Source of the DNA: Planctomycetaceae bacterium
Lineage (GTDB): Bacteria; Planctomycetota; Planctomycetia; Pirellulales; PNKZ01
Assembly (NCBI GenBank): GCA_016793115.1
Contig: JAEUIN010000215.1
Span: 52 to 64,051, forward strand
Reading direction: 5' to 3'
DNA: 64,000 nucleotides
Shown here: positions 19,068 to 28,339 of the stretch, piece by piece
Numbering within the stretch: position 1 is the stretch's first letter
How the letters are laid out: the number at the start of each line of letters is the position of its first letter
The notes under the pieces: model-generated
Databases searched by the model: none
Told to the model about the DNA's origin: nothing
Seen by the model: the letters and a program-made list of their open reading frames with translations, nothing else
Made by a program: the position numbers and the translations under genes

Positions 19068-19766
19068 TCATAGGCCCTGAGATTGAGCCTCGCGGTTAAT
19101 GCGAGCTTGCGTTTCTTCATCGGTCTTAATCGCCAGCGCCAACATCGCGGCGATTTCGTGATCGTCTTCCACTCGTGGTAGCGAAGGCATGTCCGGAATG
19201 ACGAGCAAACTTTTCTCTCGCACGGCCTTTTCCATCACTTCCGGCGAAACGACAAAATAGCGCCACCCCAATTGCTTCTCCTCGAGCGAGGATAGAGCTA
19301 GAACGTACTGTCGTATGACTTTGTCGAACGGGACTCGCATCATTCGCGGTCGTTCGCCGCTGAAGCGATCGACGCAAGTGCTCGGCCCCCACCAGGACTC
19401 AAGTTCACCTTTCGGTCCGGTAAATCCGCCGTGCAAAACATCACAATCGACAAGAACCAGTCCATCGACGCCGTCCATTCGACAGAACAACGCCGTTTCA
19501 AACTGCAACTCATAGAATTCAATCGGTGTCGATTCCGATTGACGATTGCTGACCATCTGTCCGTCCACCGCTCGAAATTGTCTAAGCCCGATCCGTCGTG
19601 GATTGTCAAACCGTGGCGCCACATCGGCGCAGAGCTTCCTCGGAAAGTAAACACGCTTGCCGGTCGCGCGGATGACGTCAGGCTCGGATTTCGCGGCCTG
19701 ATTGCACCCCAGTAATGCAGCGGTGACAGCGCAAGCGCCCGTGATTATCGCCAGTCGATTCATCAA
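19068..19766 (-). CDS. Hypothetical lipoprotein
   Basis: 232-aa ORF with an LLGC lipobox; RBS-like GAGGGAG upstream; no recognisable domain. Confidence 0.55.
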   Translation of the reverse strand: MMNRLAIITGACAVTAALLGCNQAAKSEPDVIRATGKRVYFPRKLCADVAPRFDNPRRIGLRQFRAVDGQMVSNRQSESTPIEFYELQFETALFCRMDGVDGLVLVDCDVLHGGFTGPKGELESWWGPSTCVDRFSGERPRMMRVPFDKVIRQYVLALSSLEEKQLGWRYFVVSPEVMEKAVREKSLLVIPDMPSLPRVEDDHEIAAMLALAIKTDEETQARINREAQSQGL

Positions 19767-19838
19767 TTCTCCCTCACCCGGTGCGCCATCTTAGCGACTT
19801 GGAAAGGGGCCGCCCAATCAGTTACGACTCGTGACTGG

Positions 19839-20090
19839 AACCCGGAGGGTTCCCCGACGGTAGCCGGTGGTCGAGGCCGTAGGCCGACACCACCGGATGC
19901 GAATTCCCCAAATCCGAGAAGACATCCCGGAGAGATGCCCAGGAGGATTTCCCCGTTTGGTTTCGACTCGGCATCCCTCCAAGTCGCGCAACGCTGTTGG
20001 CGCAAGCGTGACTCGTTCGGAATCCCAACGGGATTCCACAACAAAGCCCGGAGTCGCGGGTAGGGGAGAAGTGGTTGCCAATCCAGGTCG
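19839..20090. repeat. Cluster of short palindromes (composite REP-like region, family E)
   Basis: GAACCCGGAGGGTTC, CCGGTGGTCGAGGCCGTAGGCCGACACCACCGG and GGAATCCCAACGGGATTCC (20019-20037); the last recurs at 23495-23513. Confidence 0.6.
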
Positions 20091-20118
20091 CGACAGAACC
20101 CAGCTCTATTCAACTTCG

Positions 20119-21181
20119 CTACTTAGGCGTTTGCAACGCAGCTAAATTCCCCGGATAGAGTTCGTCGCAAAAATGCCGAGCGAAGAAAAAGAGCCATTCC
20201 AATTGCGACCGCTGCAAAATCTTCACGTTGAATGTCTCGGGCACCCCGGCAAGTGAAATGATCTCTTCCAAATCCGAAATGGTGTACTTGTATTTGCCCG
20301 ATTCCGTTTCCGACGGCTTTACGCAGGCCCGCAAGAGTGAAGTCGCAATCTCGATGAAAGCTAGATCGTGTCCAGCGACATAGTTCCACCACTCGATGCC
20401 GATTCGAACCGTTACGGTTACGGAAATGCCGCCCTTTTCAAAAACACAGTACCAACGTCCGTTCGGCGACTCCTTCAAGCCGCTCGGCAATTTCTGGGCG
20501 ATGTTTCGGAGGATGTGCCAGTCCTTCTTATTCGATTGCTTCCGTGTGCCGTAGAGCACGCCGTAGGTGAAATCCAACTTTGTCTTGCCAGCGCTTTTGG
20601 CCCACGCCGCGCAGTTTGCCAGAATCGCGTCAGCGAAATTTTCGCTCATTTCGTCATTCAAGCAACGCGGTCCGCTCTTTAGCGTTGCTAGGCACAGCGT
20701 GTCGCCAGTGATTTTTTTTCCCGTCGATCGCAGAATTGACGGTATGCATGCCGCTTGGCGCAAACTCCCAACCATACTTAGGCAAGACAACGGCCTCGAT
20801 CATTCGACCAGCCGAAGTCTCCATGGAGGAGAAGACTTTGGCCGGGAGAATCGCCTCCTCCATTTCACTGATTCGCGTGTAACCGTGTTGGAGTGCATAG
20901 AACATCAGCACGAAAGGGCTCGTGTTGAAATTCGCAAACTTCGCGTCCGCGGTCGGCAGGCTTTGGATATGGCTCGTGATCCGCGTTCGGAAATCGGTCT
21001 CCATTGCCAGGGCGCGGTCCGATGCGGCTTTGTCTCCGTCCACGCGTCGTAGCGTCTCTAGTAGGTCGAGCTTCCTAAGAGCCAGTGCGTCGGGTCGAGG
21101 CAGGCCTGCGTGAGCCATTTCTTCCTCAGATTCGTTTGCTTCGTCTAGTTGTTTTGGGAGCTGCGTAGGTCGGTCGGTCAT
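20119..21181 (-). pseudogene. Type II PD-(D/E)xK restriction endonuclease (PmeII/EcoO109I-like motifs), frameshifted at an A8 run
   Basis: 5' frame ...SSMETSAGRMIE...AIDGKK joins 3' frame KKITGDTLCLATLKSGPRCLN if one A is removed at 20712-20719; overlaps the MTase 3' end. Confidence 0.72.
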
Positions 21182-22478
21182 CGTGATCCTCGTTCCAGAC
21201 AAGAGTCTCGCCGCCCTTGAACCACTGGCGAGTCCGTACGTGCGATTGCACGTAGACGATTCGACAAGCTTCTGGTTTCGTAGCGTGCGGATTCCAGTTT
21301 CGCTTGGCAAGGCGATCAAGCTCGTCCGCAATCAATTCACCAGCGATCGATCCAAGCCGAACGGGAACCGCGTTACCGACCTGGGCGTATTGCTCCATCG
21401 TCTTCCCGCAAAAAACCCAATCGTCAGGAAATTCCTGGATACGAGCGTATTCACGCAATGACAAAGCTCGGCATTCTTTTGGATGGCACAGCGACGTGGA
21501 GGCGTGATTGGGCATCGTAACGAGCGTCGGACACGGCAGATCAAATGTCAGACGTCTCCACCATCCTGATCGGCCGCCCTTGGCAGCCCATGCTTTGCCC
21601 ATCGATTTCTTTTGGATATCGACTGGGAGGCTGCGCCAGTTGGAGCCAGGAGGAACAAGGGCCAGAAATCCCTTCTTGCGGGGACTGAAGTCCATGAGGA
21701 CTGGCGCGTCCTCTTGCAGGTCGCCGATTGCGTCACGCAATGTTGCCCAAGGTTGCAACGACTTCTCTGAGAATCCTTCGAAAGTCCGCTGGTCTGCGAC
21801 TTCGTTGGTGGCTGGCCCATGCGTAGGATCCGGGAAATTCACGACTGCGTTGAAGCGATTTCCGATAAAGAGCGCCCGCTCTCTAAGCTGCGGCGCACCG
21901 TAGTTCACCGCATTGACTTCAAAGCAATCCATGTGGTACGCGTTGTCGGTCTTGCGCCTGAGGTCTTCAGCGAATGACCGAACTACAGAGCCAGGAAGTT
22001 CTTGTGGTGCTAGAGGCGGTCCGCCTTTGTCGGGGCGCTCTGCGATCGGCCGGTGTTGCAGAGCAGCAGAAAGGAGGCCACGAACATTCTCCATTAAGAA
22101 GAACTTTGGGCGCATCACGTCCACGAACCGAAGAAACTGCCAAAGAAGCGTTCCCCTCGGATCTTGCGTCGTGCCTCGTCGGCCTGTTGTGCTGAATGAC
22201 TGGCAAGGGGGGCCGCCTACAAGCAAGTCCAATTCGCCCGCTCTGAGTTCTAGTCGTTCGAGAATTTTTTCCGGGTCTAATTCCTCGATCGGTTGATCGT
22301 AAAGGACGAGGTTCTTTTCAATGCGCCCCGCTTTGCTATTCGCGACTATCGTGTCGCAGAACGATCGTTGCTTTTCGACGGCCGCCAGCAACTTGAATCG
22401 GCCCGTCCGATGAAGCCCGATGTCTAGTCCCATCCCTCCTGAAAAAAGGGAGACGACTTTGTACCGTGTCCGCGCCAA
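21126..22478 (-). CDS. DNA (cytosine-5)-methyltransferase
   Basis: Motif I LFSGGMG, IV GGPPCQSFS, VI ENV, VIII QLRER, IX RIQEFPD, X QVGNAVP. Confidence 0.95.
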   Translation of the reverse strand: MARTRYKVVSLFSGGMGLDIGLHRTGRFKLLAAVEKQRSFCDTIVANSKAGRIEKNLVLYDQPIEELDPEKILERLELRAGELDLLVGGPPCQSFSTTGRRGTTQDPRGTLLWQFLRFVDVMRPKFFLMENVRGLLSAALQHRPIAERPDKGGPPLAPQELPGSVVRSFAEDLRRKTDNAYHMDCFEVNAVNYGAPQLRERALFIGNRFNAVVNFPDPTHGPATNEVADQRTFEGFSEKSLQPWATLRDAIGDLQEDAPVLMDFSPRKKGFLALVPPGSNWRSLPVDIQKKSMGKAWAAKGGRSGWWRRLTFDLPCPTLVTMPNHASTSLCHPKECRALSLREYARIQEFPDDWVFCGKTMEQYAQVGNAVPVRLGSIAGELIADELDRLAKRNWNPHATKPEACRIVYVQSHVRTRQWFKGGETLVWNEDHDDRPTYAAPKTTRRSKRI

Positions 22479-22741
22479 GCTCGACCTCCGTTCCGCTCAA
22501 AGCAAGCAGATCACCATTTTGTCCGATTAGGGTATATTGCGGCAAGCCTCCGCTCTGAAACCCCGAAGCAATCCGCAGGGTGGCACCTATAGGAAGCTCC
22601 CGGTCAAGGTCACACTTCGGGCGGAGCCCCGGATTCTTCTCTCGTTGTCGGAAGACGGGCTTTGGGGTTCGTCGCGGCCGCGGCTTCTTGTCGCTAAGCG
22701 ACCCGGAAAACCAGTGCCGGGGCAACCGGAGAAAGAATCTC

Positions 22742-22770
22742 CACTGGTAAACGAGCCACCAGTGCCACCC
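22742..22770. repeat. REP family B copy
   Basis: CACTGGTAAACGAGCCACCAGTGCCACCC. Confidence 0.75.
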
Positions 22771-22783
22771 AGGCAGCTAGCGC

Positions 22784-23323
22784 CTAACCGCGCGGATACT
22801 GCCTGCAGTATTCGTAGATCGTCATGGCCGTGGCGGTGGCGACGTTGAGTGCGTACGGTAGCCCGTACATCGGGATTTCGACGACGCGGTGGACTTGGCG
22901 AAGTTCTTCTTCGTCGAGCCCCGAGCGTTCGTTGCCGACGATGAGCGCCGTTTTGCGCTCGAACGGGAAATCGAAGATCGACGTCGAGTTCGTCGTCTGT
23001 TCCAAGGCCACGAGTTGGTAGCCTTGGGCCCGCAGCTCTTTGAGCACCGGCGGGAGGGTGCGATGGATTTCGATCTCCACGCCCGGTTCGTCGCCCGCGA
23101 CGACGAGGCCCGGCGCGTCGCCGTCGTCGACGCTGTTGCGGGCGATCTTCTGGATCACGCGGGCCGCCCCGCAAGCGATGACCTTGCGGACGCCCATGCA
23201 GCCGGCCGAGCGGACGATGCGGGAGAGGTTGATGTTGCTCCGCAACGGCGCGCAAGCGATGACGAGCTCGCGCTCGCGCTCCAGCGGAATCAACGGCTTA
23301 TGACGAACCTGCTCAAACGACAT
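22784..23323 (-). CDS. SpoU/TrmH-family RNA 2'-O-methyltransferase
   Basis: NLSRIVRS, LVALEQT, GNERSGL, IPMYG..ALNVA. Confidence 0.88.
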   Translation of the reverse strand: MSFEQVRHKPLIPLERERELVIACAPLRSNINLSRIVRSAGCMGVRKVIACGAARVIQKIARNSVDDGDAPGLVVAGDEPGVEIEIHRTLPPVLKELRAQGYQLVALEQTTNSTSIFDFPFERKTALIVGNERSGLDEEELRQVHRVVEIPMYGLPYALNVATATAMTIYEYCRQYPRG

Positions 23324-23433
23324 CGGGGCGACCAAGAGTAAGGCGAACGAGAGCCGCGAGGCTCCCGGTGAAGACGCCCCTGAATAGAACGCGACGCGAA
23401 GAGAATCGTCAACGGGCGGGCGGGGGCGCGGGT

Positions 23434-23622
23434 GGCCCAGGTTGCACGCAACCTGGGTTCAGGGGAGGCAACGAACGTGGCGGACCAGAGGTTTGGAATC
23501 CCGAAGGGATTCCTGACGAGGGTGGGTAAGTAGATTGGGTGCGGCGCAGCTAGGCGGAGCCCTAGCTGCGAGATTATGGCGACGATCGCCAGACATTGGT
23601 GGACGAGCCGCCAGTGCCGCCC
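23434..23622. repeat. Mixed palindrome cluster (families E and B)
   Basis: CCCAGGTTGCACGCAACCTGGG, GGAATCCCGAAGGGATTCC (23495-23513), CGCAGCTAGG..CCTAGCTGCG, and CATTGGTGGACGAGCCGCCAGTGCCGCCC (23594-23622). Confidence 0.7.
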
Positions 23623-23674
23623 GATCACCTTGCAACGAAATTACATTCGCAATTGCGCTACCTAGTAACCTGCG

Positions 23675-25261
23675 CTACTTGGGCCGGGCTGCCTGCCAGC
23701 CGGCGGCGAGTTGTTTGCTGAGTTGGGCGACGAGATCGGCTTGGGCCTTGTCGCCGGCGACGTTCACGTTTTCATCCGGGTCGGTCTCGTGGTCGTACAA
23801 CTCGCGGGCGACCGCTTCGCCTTGTTTGTTTTGCCACTCGGTGTAGCGATAGCGATCCGTGCGCATCGAGTAGCCCATGATCTTGTCGCGCGGGTATTGG
23901 CTGAACGCCGCCGACTTCCACGGGCGCTGCGGATCGGTCATCGTCGGCACGAGGCTCGTCCCTTCGACGCCCTCCGGCACGGCGACGCCGGCCAGTTCGC
24001 AGAGCGTCGGCATGACGTCGACGAACTCGGCGAGCGCCGGGACCTTGGAGCCGGCCTGCTTATGGCCGGGCACGCGGAAGATGAGCGGCGCGTGGGTGTC
24101 GATTTCGAAATTCGTGTGCTTGCACCAACTGCCGTGATCGCCGAGCTTCCAGCCGTGGTCGCCCCACATGCAGACGATGGTGTCGTCGGCGAGGCCGAGC
24201 CGCTCGAGCTCGTCGAGCACGCGACCGATTTGCGCGTCGGTGAAGCTCGCCGCGGCGTAGTAGCCGTGAATGAGTTGGCGCGTCATCTCGTCGGAGACCG
24301 GACCGCTCTGCGGCACGCCGGCGTAGGTGCGTAGCTCGCCGCCGTTGGTGAGCGAGAACTCGGTGACGCCCTTGGGCGGATACGGATTCGCGGGGAGCTT
24401 GATGTCGGCGGCGGAGTAGAGATCGTAGTAACGCTTCGGCGCGACGAACGGCAGGTGGGGCTTCACGAATCCGACGGCCAAGAAGAACGGTTTGTCTTTG
24501 ACTTCGCGGAGAACTTCGATGGCCCGCGCGGCGACTTTGCCGTCGGCGAGTTCGTCGTCGGCGGCTTCGAGCGATTCCCAAGCGGGCCCGCGGCCGGTGC
24601 GATTGTTCGGACCGAGTTTGAGCGCGAGGCCGGTCTTGGGATCGCGCTCGAGCACCTTGCGATTGCCCGCGCCCACAGCTTGCGGCTTCTTCTTCGCGCC
24701 GGCTTTGCCCGAGGCTTGCGCTTTGGGTTTGCCCTGCGCCCGCGATTGAGTTTGAGGCTTCGACTGGGTTGCGGTCGCGGATTGCGCCGCGGCTTTCGCG
24801 GGCGGGCCTTTCGGAGTGAACGACGGCGCGCTCCACGATTGCGGGTCGTCGAGCCCGCCGTGGTAGATCTTGCCGAACGATTGCGTGTAGTAGCCCGCTT
24901 CCTTGAAGGCTTGCGGCAGCGTGACGATGTCGGGGAGGTTCTTGCGAAAGTGCGTTTGCAGATCGTAGATCTTGGTCGTGTCGGGCCGGCGGCCGGTGAG
25001 CAAACTGGTGCGCGACGGGCTGCACACGGCCTGCATCACGTAGGCCCGCTCGTAGAGGAAGCCGCCTGCGGCGAGCTTGTCGAGGTTAGGGGTTTTGATC
25101 TCGGGATGACCGTAGCAGCCGAAGGTGGGGCGGAGATCGTCGACGGCGATCATGAGCACGTTGGGCCGCTTAACTGGATCCGCGGCGCGAGCTTTTGTAG
25201 AGGCTCCGATCGAACCGACGAGGAACAGAGCGAAAACGACGAATTTCAGGCAAAAATGCAT
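23675..25261 (-). CDS. Secreted sulfatase (iduronate-2-sulfatase-like)
   Basis: Signal peptide; PNVLMIAVDDLRP, CSPSR, GKIYH, KPHLPF, GDHG. Confidence 0.9.
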   Translation of the reverse strand: MHFCLKFVVFALFLVGSIGASTKARAADPVKRPNVLMIAVDDLRPTFGCYGHPEIKTPNLDKLAAGGFLYERAYVMQAVCSPSRTSLLTGRRPDTTKIYDLQTHFRKNLPDIVTLPQAFKEAGYYTQSFGKIYHGGLDDPQSWSAPSFTPKGPPAKAAAQSATATQSKPQTQSRAQGKPKAQASGKAGAKKKPQAVGAGNRKVLERDPKTGLALKLGPNNRTGRGPAWESLEAADDELADGKVAARAIEVLREVKDKPFFLAVGFVKPHLPFVAPKRYYDLYSAADIKLPANPYPPKGVTEFSLTNGGELRTYAGVPQSGPVSDEMTRQLIHGYYAAASFTDAQIGRVLDELERLGLADDTIVCMWGDHGWKLGDHGSWCKHTNFEIDTHAPLIFRVPGHKQAGSKVPALAEFVDVMPTLCELAGVAVPEGVEGTSLVPTMTDPQRPWKSAAFSQYPRDKIMGYSMRTDRYRYTEWQNKQGEAVARELYDHETDPDENVNVAGDKAQADLVAQLSKQLAAGWQAARPK

Positions 25262-25371
25262 GATGAAAGCCTATTTTGAGGCGAACTGAACTGTTTCGAT
25301 GCGAGGACGTGCGAGACGGCGAATCAAAGGGTTACGACGTTTGCGGACCGCGAGATATCGGGGAGCGGCCC

Positions 25372-25405
25372 AAAAAAGAGGCCGCCGGGCGCGGGGCCCG
25401 GCGGC
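25372..25405 (-). terminator. Intrinsic terminator downstream of the ArsR gene
   Basis: GCCGCCGGGC/GCCCGGCGGC stem followed by CTCTTTTTT on the minus strand. Confidence 0.6.
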
Positions 25406-25529
25406 ACAAGCGGGGGTGACACAGAATCGTGTCGGGCAGGGTGACGCCCAAATCGTCGCAAACCAGCGGGCAAAGTCGAGTTAGAAGTTGGCCCGCGATC
25501 GATGAGGAAAGCGTGGGATCGGCGGGCCG

Positions 25530-25961
25530 CTATTTCGCCACCGGCTCGTAACTGAGGACATAATTCTCAAACCGCAATCGTCGCTCTTTCGCGGGAGCGC
25601 CGTCGAACAGCAGTTCGAGAACCTGCTCGAATCGCTGGGGAACCAGCCGGTAAAAGTTATGCTTTCCTTCGCGGCGCAGCTCGATAATGTCGGCGTTTTT
25701 GAGCAGTGCGAGGTGGTGGCTCACCGCCGGCTGGCTCTGTCCGAGTAGATCGCACAACGCCCGCACGTGGAGTTCGGCGGCACGTGTGAGATAGAGCAGA
25801 ATATGCATCCGCGTTTCGTCGGAGAGCAATTTGAAGACTTTAACCAGGTCTTTGATCAATGCATTGGGGACGTCGAGCAGATTCGCCTCGGCAAACCCGT
25901 TTGAGCCGGACGAATCGTCCGACGGCGTTTTCGCAGCTTTCGCAGGGTGGGCGGAGATCAT
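25530..25961 (-). CDS. ArsR/SmtB-family transcriptional regulator
   Basis: FKLLSDETR, SQPAVSHHLALL, RREGKHNFY; start inferred from an AGGAAG RBS. Confidence 0.88.
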   Translation of the reverse strand: MISAHPAKAAKTPSDDSSGSNGFAEANLLDVPNALIKDLVKVFKLLSDETRMHILLYLTRAAELHVRALCDLLGQSQPAVSHHLALLKNADIIELRREGKHNFYRLVPQRFEQVLELLFDGAPAKERRLRFENYVLSYEPVAK

Positions 25962-26482
25962 AGCTTCCTGCGTGCCTGATATGGGGCGTGAACGCTTGGC
26001 GACGAGATTCACGTCGATCCTCCTGAAAGAACTCGACGCAGAGCGGCAATCGCGGATGAGCCGGCAAGACGGGTGGACGACGCTCCCACGACGCAACGAC
26101 GACGACCGGACTGCCGGTCGCGAAGCTGCGCAGAAGAAGCCGACGTTAGCGACTCGCAGGCGAGCGCAAACTCGCGCGGATCATCCATAAATTAGAAGTG
26201 ACGAATGACTGGGCGTCGGCGGCGACGGAACATCGCCATGAGATGTGACACAACAGCCCACTGCTCTGCTGACCCCGGCATTCTACCAACCCGCAAAACA
26301 CATCCAAGATGGTCGAACTGATAATTGTATAAAATAAGGCGGTGATTTTCCGGTTGGTTTCAGCCATCAAACGCAAGGTAGGCACTCGTGCGGCAACTCA
26401 TTATCTTAGTTGCGGTTATGACTCGTTCGCTCACCGGCCCCTCCTTGCCTTCCTTGCTGCACCGCGAGCATCGCGGAACTCT

Positions 26483-28339
26483 ATGCCTTATAGCGTTCGA
26501 AACCTAGCGATGTGGCTATTTCCGGCGTTACTCGTCGGGGCGGCGGCATGGGCTCTCTCGATTGGAACCCTCCCGCCGGCGGACTTCACCTTCTGCAACG
26601 CTACGGAAGTTAAGTCGATCGACCCGCACCGAATCAACGGGCAGCCGGAGGGCCGGATCGTCGAGGCCCTGTTTGAAGGACTCCTCAGACGCGACCCAAA
26701 GACGCTCAAGCCCATTCCAGGTGTCGCCGAACGGTGGGACGTCTCGCCCGACAAGAAAACGTACACTTTTCACATTCGCGACGATGCCCGGTGGAGCGAC
26801 GGCACGCCGATCACCGCCGACGATTTTTATTACTCTTTTTGCCGCTTTCTGCTGCCGGCGACCGGCGGCGAATACTCAACCCTGTTTTTCGTGGTTAAAA
26901 ACGCGGAGAAGTACACCAAGCGATCGTTCGTTGTCGGCGACCCCGTCGAAATCGAGCTCTTGCGATCGCCGGGCGTGCCTGACACGGTTCGCGGGCGGCT
27001 ACTAAATGGCAAGCTGATTCGAATCGAAGGGGAAGACGGCGCCGAAAGCGGCGAAGATCGGCGTGTCTACGTCGTCCACGTCGACGGCAGCGAGCGGCGC
27101 TTTACGGCATCGGACGCCGTCGGCGATGCCGAGCGGGTGCAAACCGTATTGTTTGATTTCCGGGAAGTCGGCGTCAAAGTCGTTGATCGGCAAACACTGC
27201 AGCTGGAGTTGACTAACCCGACACCGTACTTCCTCGACATCGTCTCGTTCTATCCGCTCTGCCCGGTCAACCGAAGCTGCGTCGAACGGTACGGCTATCC
27301 CGATTGGACGCGGCCGGAAAACATCGTCTCCAACGGCGCCTTCCGCCTACAGTTTCGTCGCATTCGCGACCGGATCCGGTTGGTGAAAAGCGATACGTAC
27401 TGGAATCGCAACGCGGTGGAGTTGCAAACGATCGATGCTTTAGCGGCCGAGAACATCGCGACGATGCTCAATCTCTACCTCACCGGCGAGGCGGATTGGG
27501 TGACCGACCTGCCGCCGCTGGCGAAATCGGAACTTCGACGAACTCGACCGCTGGAGTATGCCCCAAAGCCGACGATGTCGATTTACTTTTATCGCCTCAA
27601 TGTCACGAAGCCGCCGCTGAATGATGTTCGCGTGCGCCGCGCATTGTCGATGGCGCTCAATCGGGCGGAGATCATCGAGGCCGGCCCGCGCGCCGGCGAA
27701 CTTCCGGCATTAAGCATAGTTCCGCCGGGAATGGACGGCTACCAAGTTGCATCAGGGCCGTCGGAAGACGTCGCCGCGGCGAAAAAGCTACTGGCCGAAG
27801 CCGGTTTTCCCGGGGGCCGAGGATTTCCTCACATCGAAATCCTTTACAACACTCACGACGTGCACAAATCCATCGCCGAAACGATCCAAAGTCAGTGGAA
27901 GCGTCATCTCGGCATCAACGTCGGTCTGCGAAACATGGAATGGGGAGCGTTCAACAGCGAGACGCGCCAACTTCGCTACAACGTCGCTCGGGCCGGTTGG
28001 ATCGGCGACTATCCGGACCCCAACACGTTTCTCGACATCTTCCTCTCGAATAACGAAAACAATCAAACCGGCTGGAAAAACGCCGAATTCGACCGCTTGA
28101 TGAAAGCGGCGAGCGAGGAGACCGACGCCGCGAAGCGCATGACGCTGCTGCACGAAGCCGAACAACTGTTGATGCAGGAGTTGCCCATCATTCCGATGTA
28201 TTCGTACGTTTCCAAAGACATGATTCGAACCTACGTCCGCGGCCATTACGCCAATTTGCGGGAAGAACACCCGCTATGGGCGATGTCGATCGATCAGGAT
28301 GAAAAAGCTCGCGTGTTTGCCGCCGAGGGTTTGCGGTGA
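26483..28339 (+). CDS. oppA: Oligopeptide ABC transporter substrate-binding protein
   Basis: LFEGL, ARWSDGTPITADDF, VSNGAF, GWIGDYPDP; first gene of the operon. Confidence 0.88.
   Translation: MPYSVRNLAMWLFPALLVGAAAWALSIGTLPPADFTFCNATEVKSIDPHRINGQPEGRIVEALFEGLLRRDPKTLKPIPGVAERWDVSPDKKTYTFHIRDDARWSDGTPITADDFYYSFCRFLLPATGGEYSTLFFVVKNAEKYTKRSFVVGDPVEIELLRSPGVPDTVRGRLLNGKLIRIEGEDGAESGEDRRVYVVHVDGSERRFTASDAVGDAERVQTVLFDFREVGVKVVDRQTLQLELTNPTPYFLDIVSFYPLCPVNRSCVERYGYPDWTRPENIVSNGAFRLQFRRIRDRIRLVKSDTYWNRNAVELQTIDALAAENIATMLNLYLTGEADWVTDLPPLAKSELRRTRPLEYAPKPTMSIYFYRLNVTKPPLNDVRVRRALSMALNRAEIIEAGPRAGELPALSIVPPGMDGYQVASGPSEDVAAAKKLLAEAGFPGGRGFPHIEILYNTHDVHKSIAETIQSQWKRHLGINVGLRNMEWGAFNSETRQLRYNVARAGWIGDYPDPNTFLDIFLSNNENNQTGWKNAEFDRLMKAASEETDAAKRMTLLHEAEQLLMQELPIIPMYSYVSKDMIRTYVRGHYANLREEHPLWAMSIDQDEKARVFAAEGLR

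Noticed and set aside
19763-20145. Short ORFs between the nuclease and the lipoprotein
   Set aside because: They overlap palindromic repeat DNA and show no protein-like features
26311-26412. Possible dif or oriC site in the AT-rich arsR/oppA spacer
   Set aside because: No proper XerC/XerD arm pair or DnaA-box cluster; more likely divergent promoters
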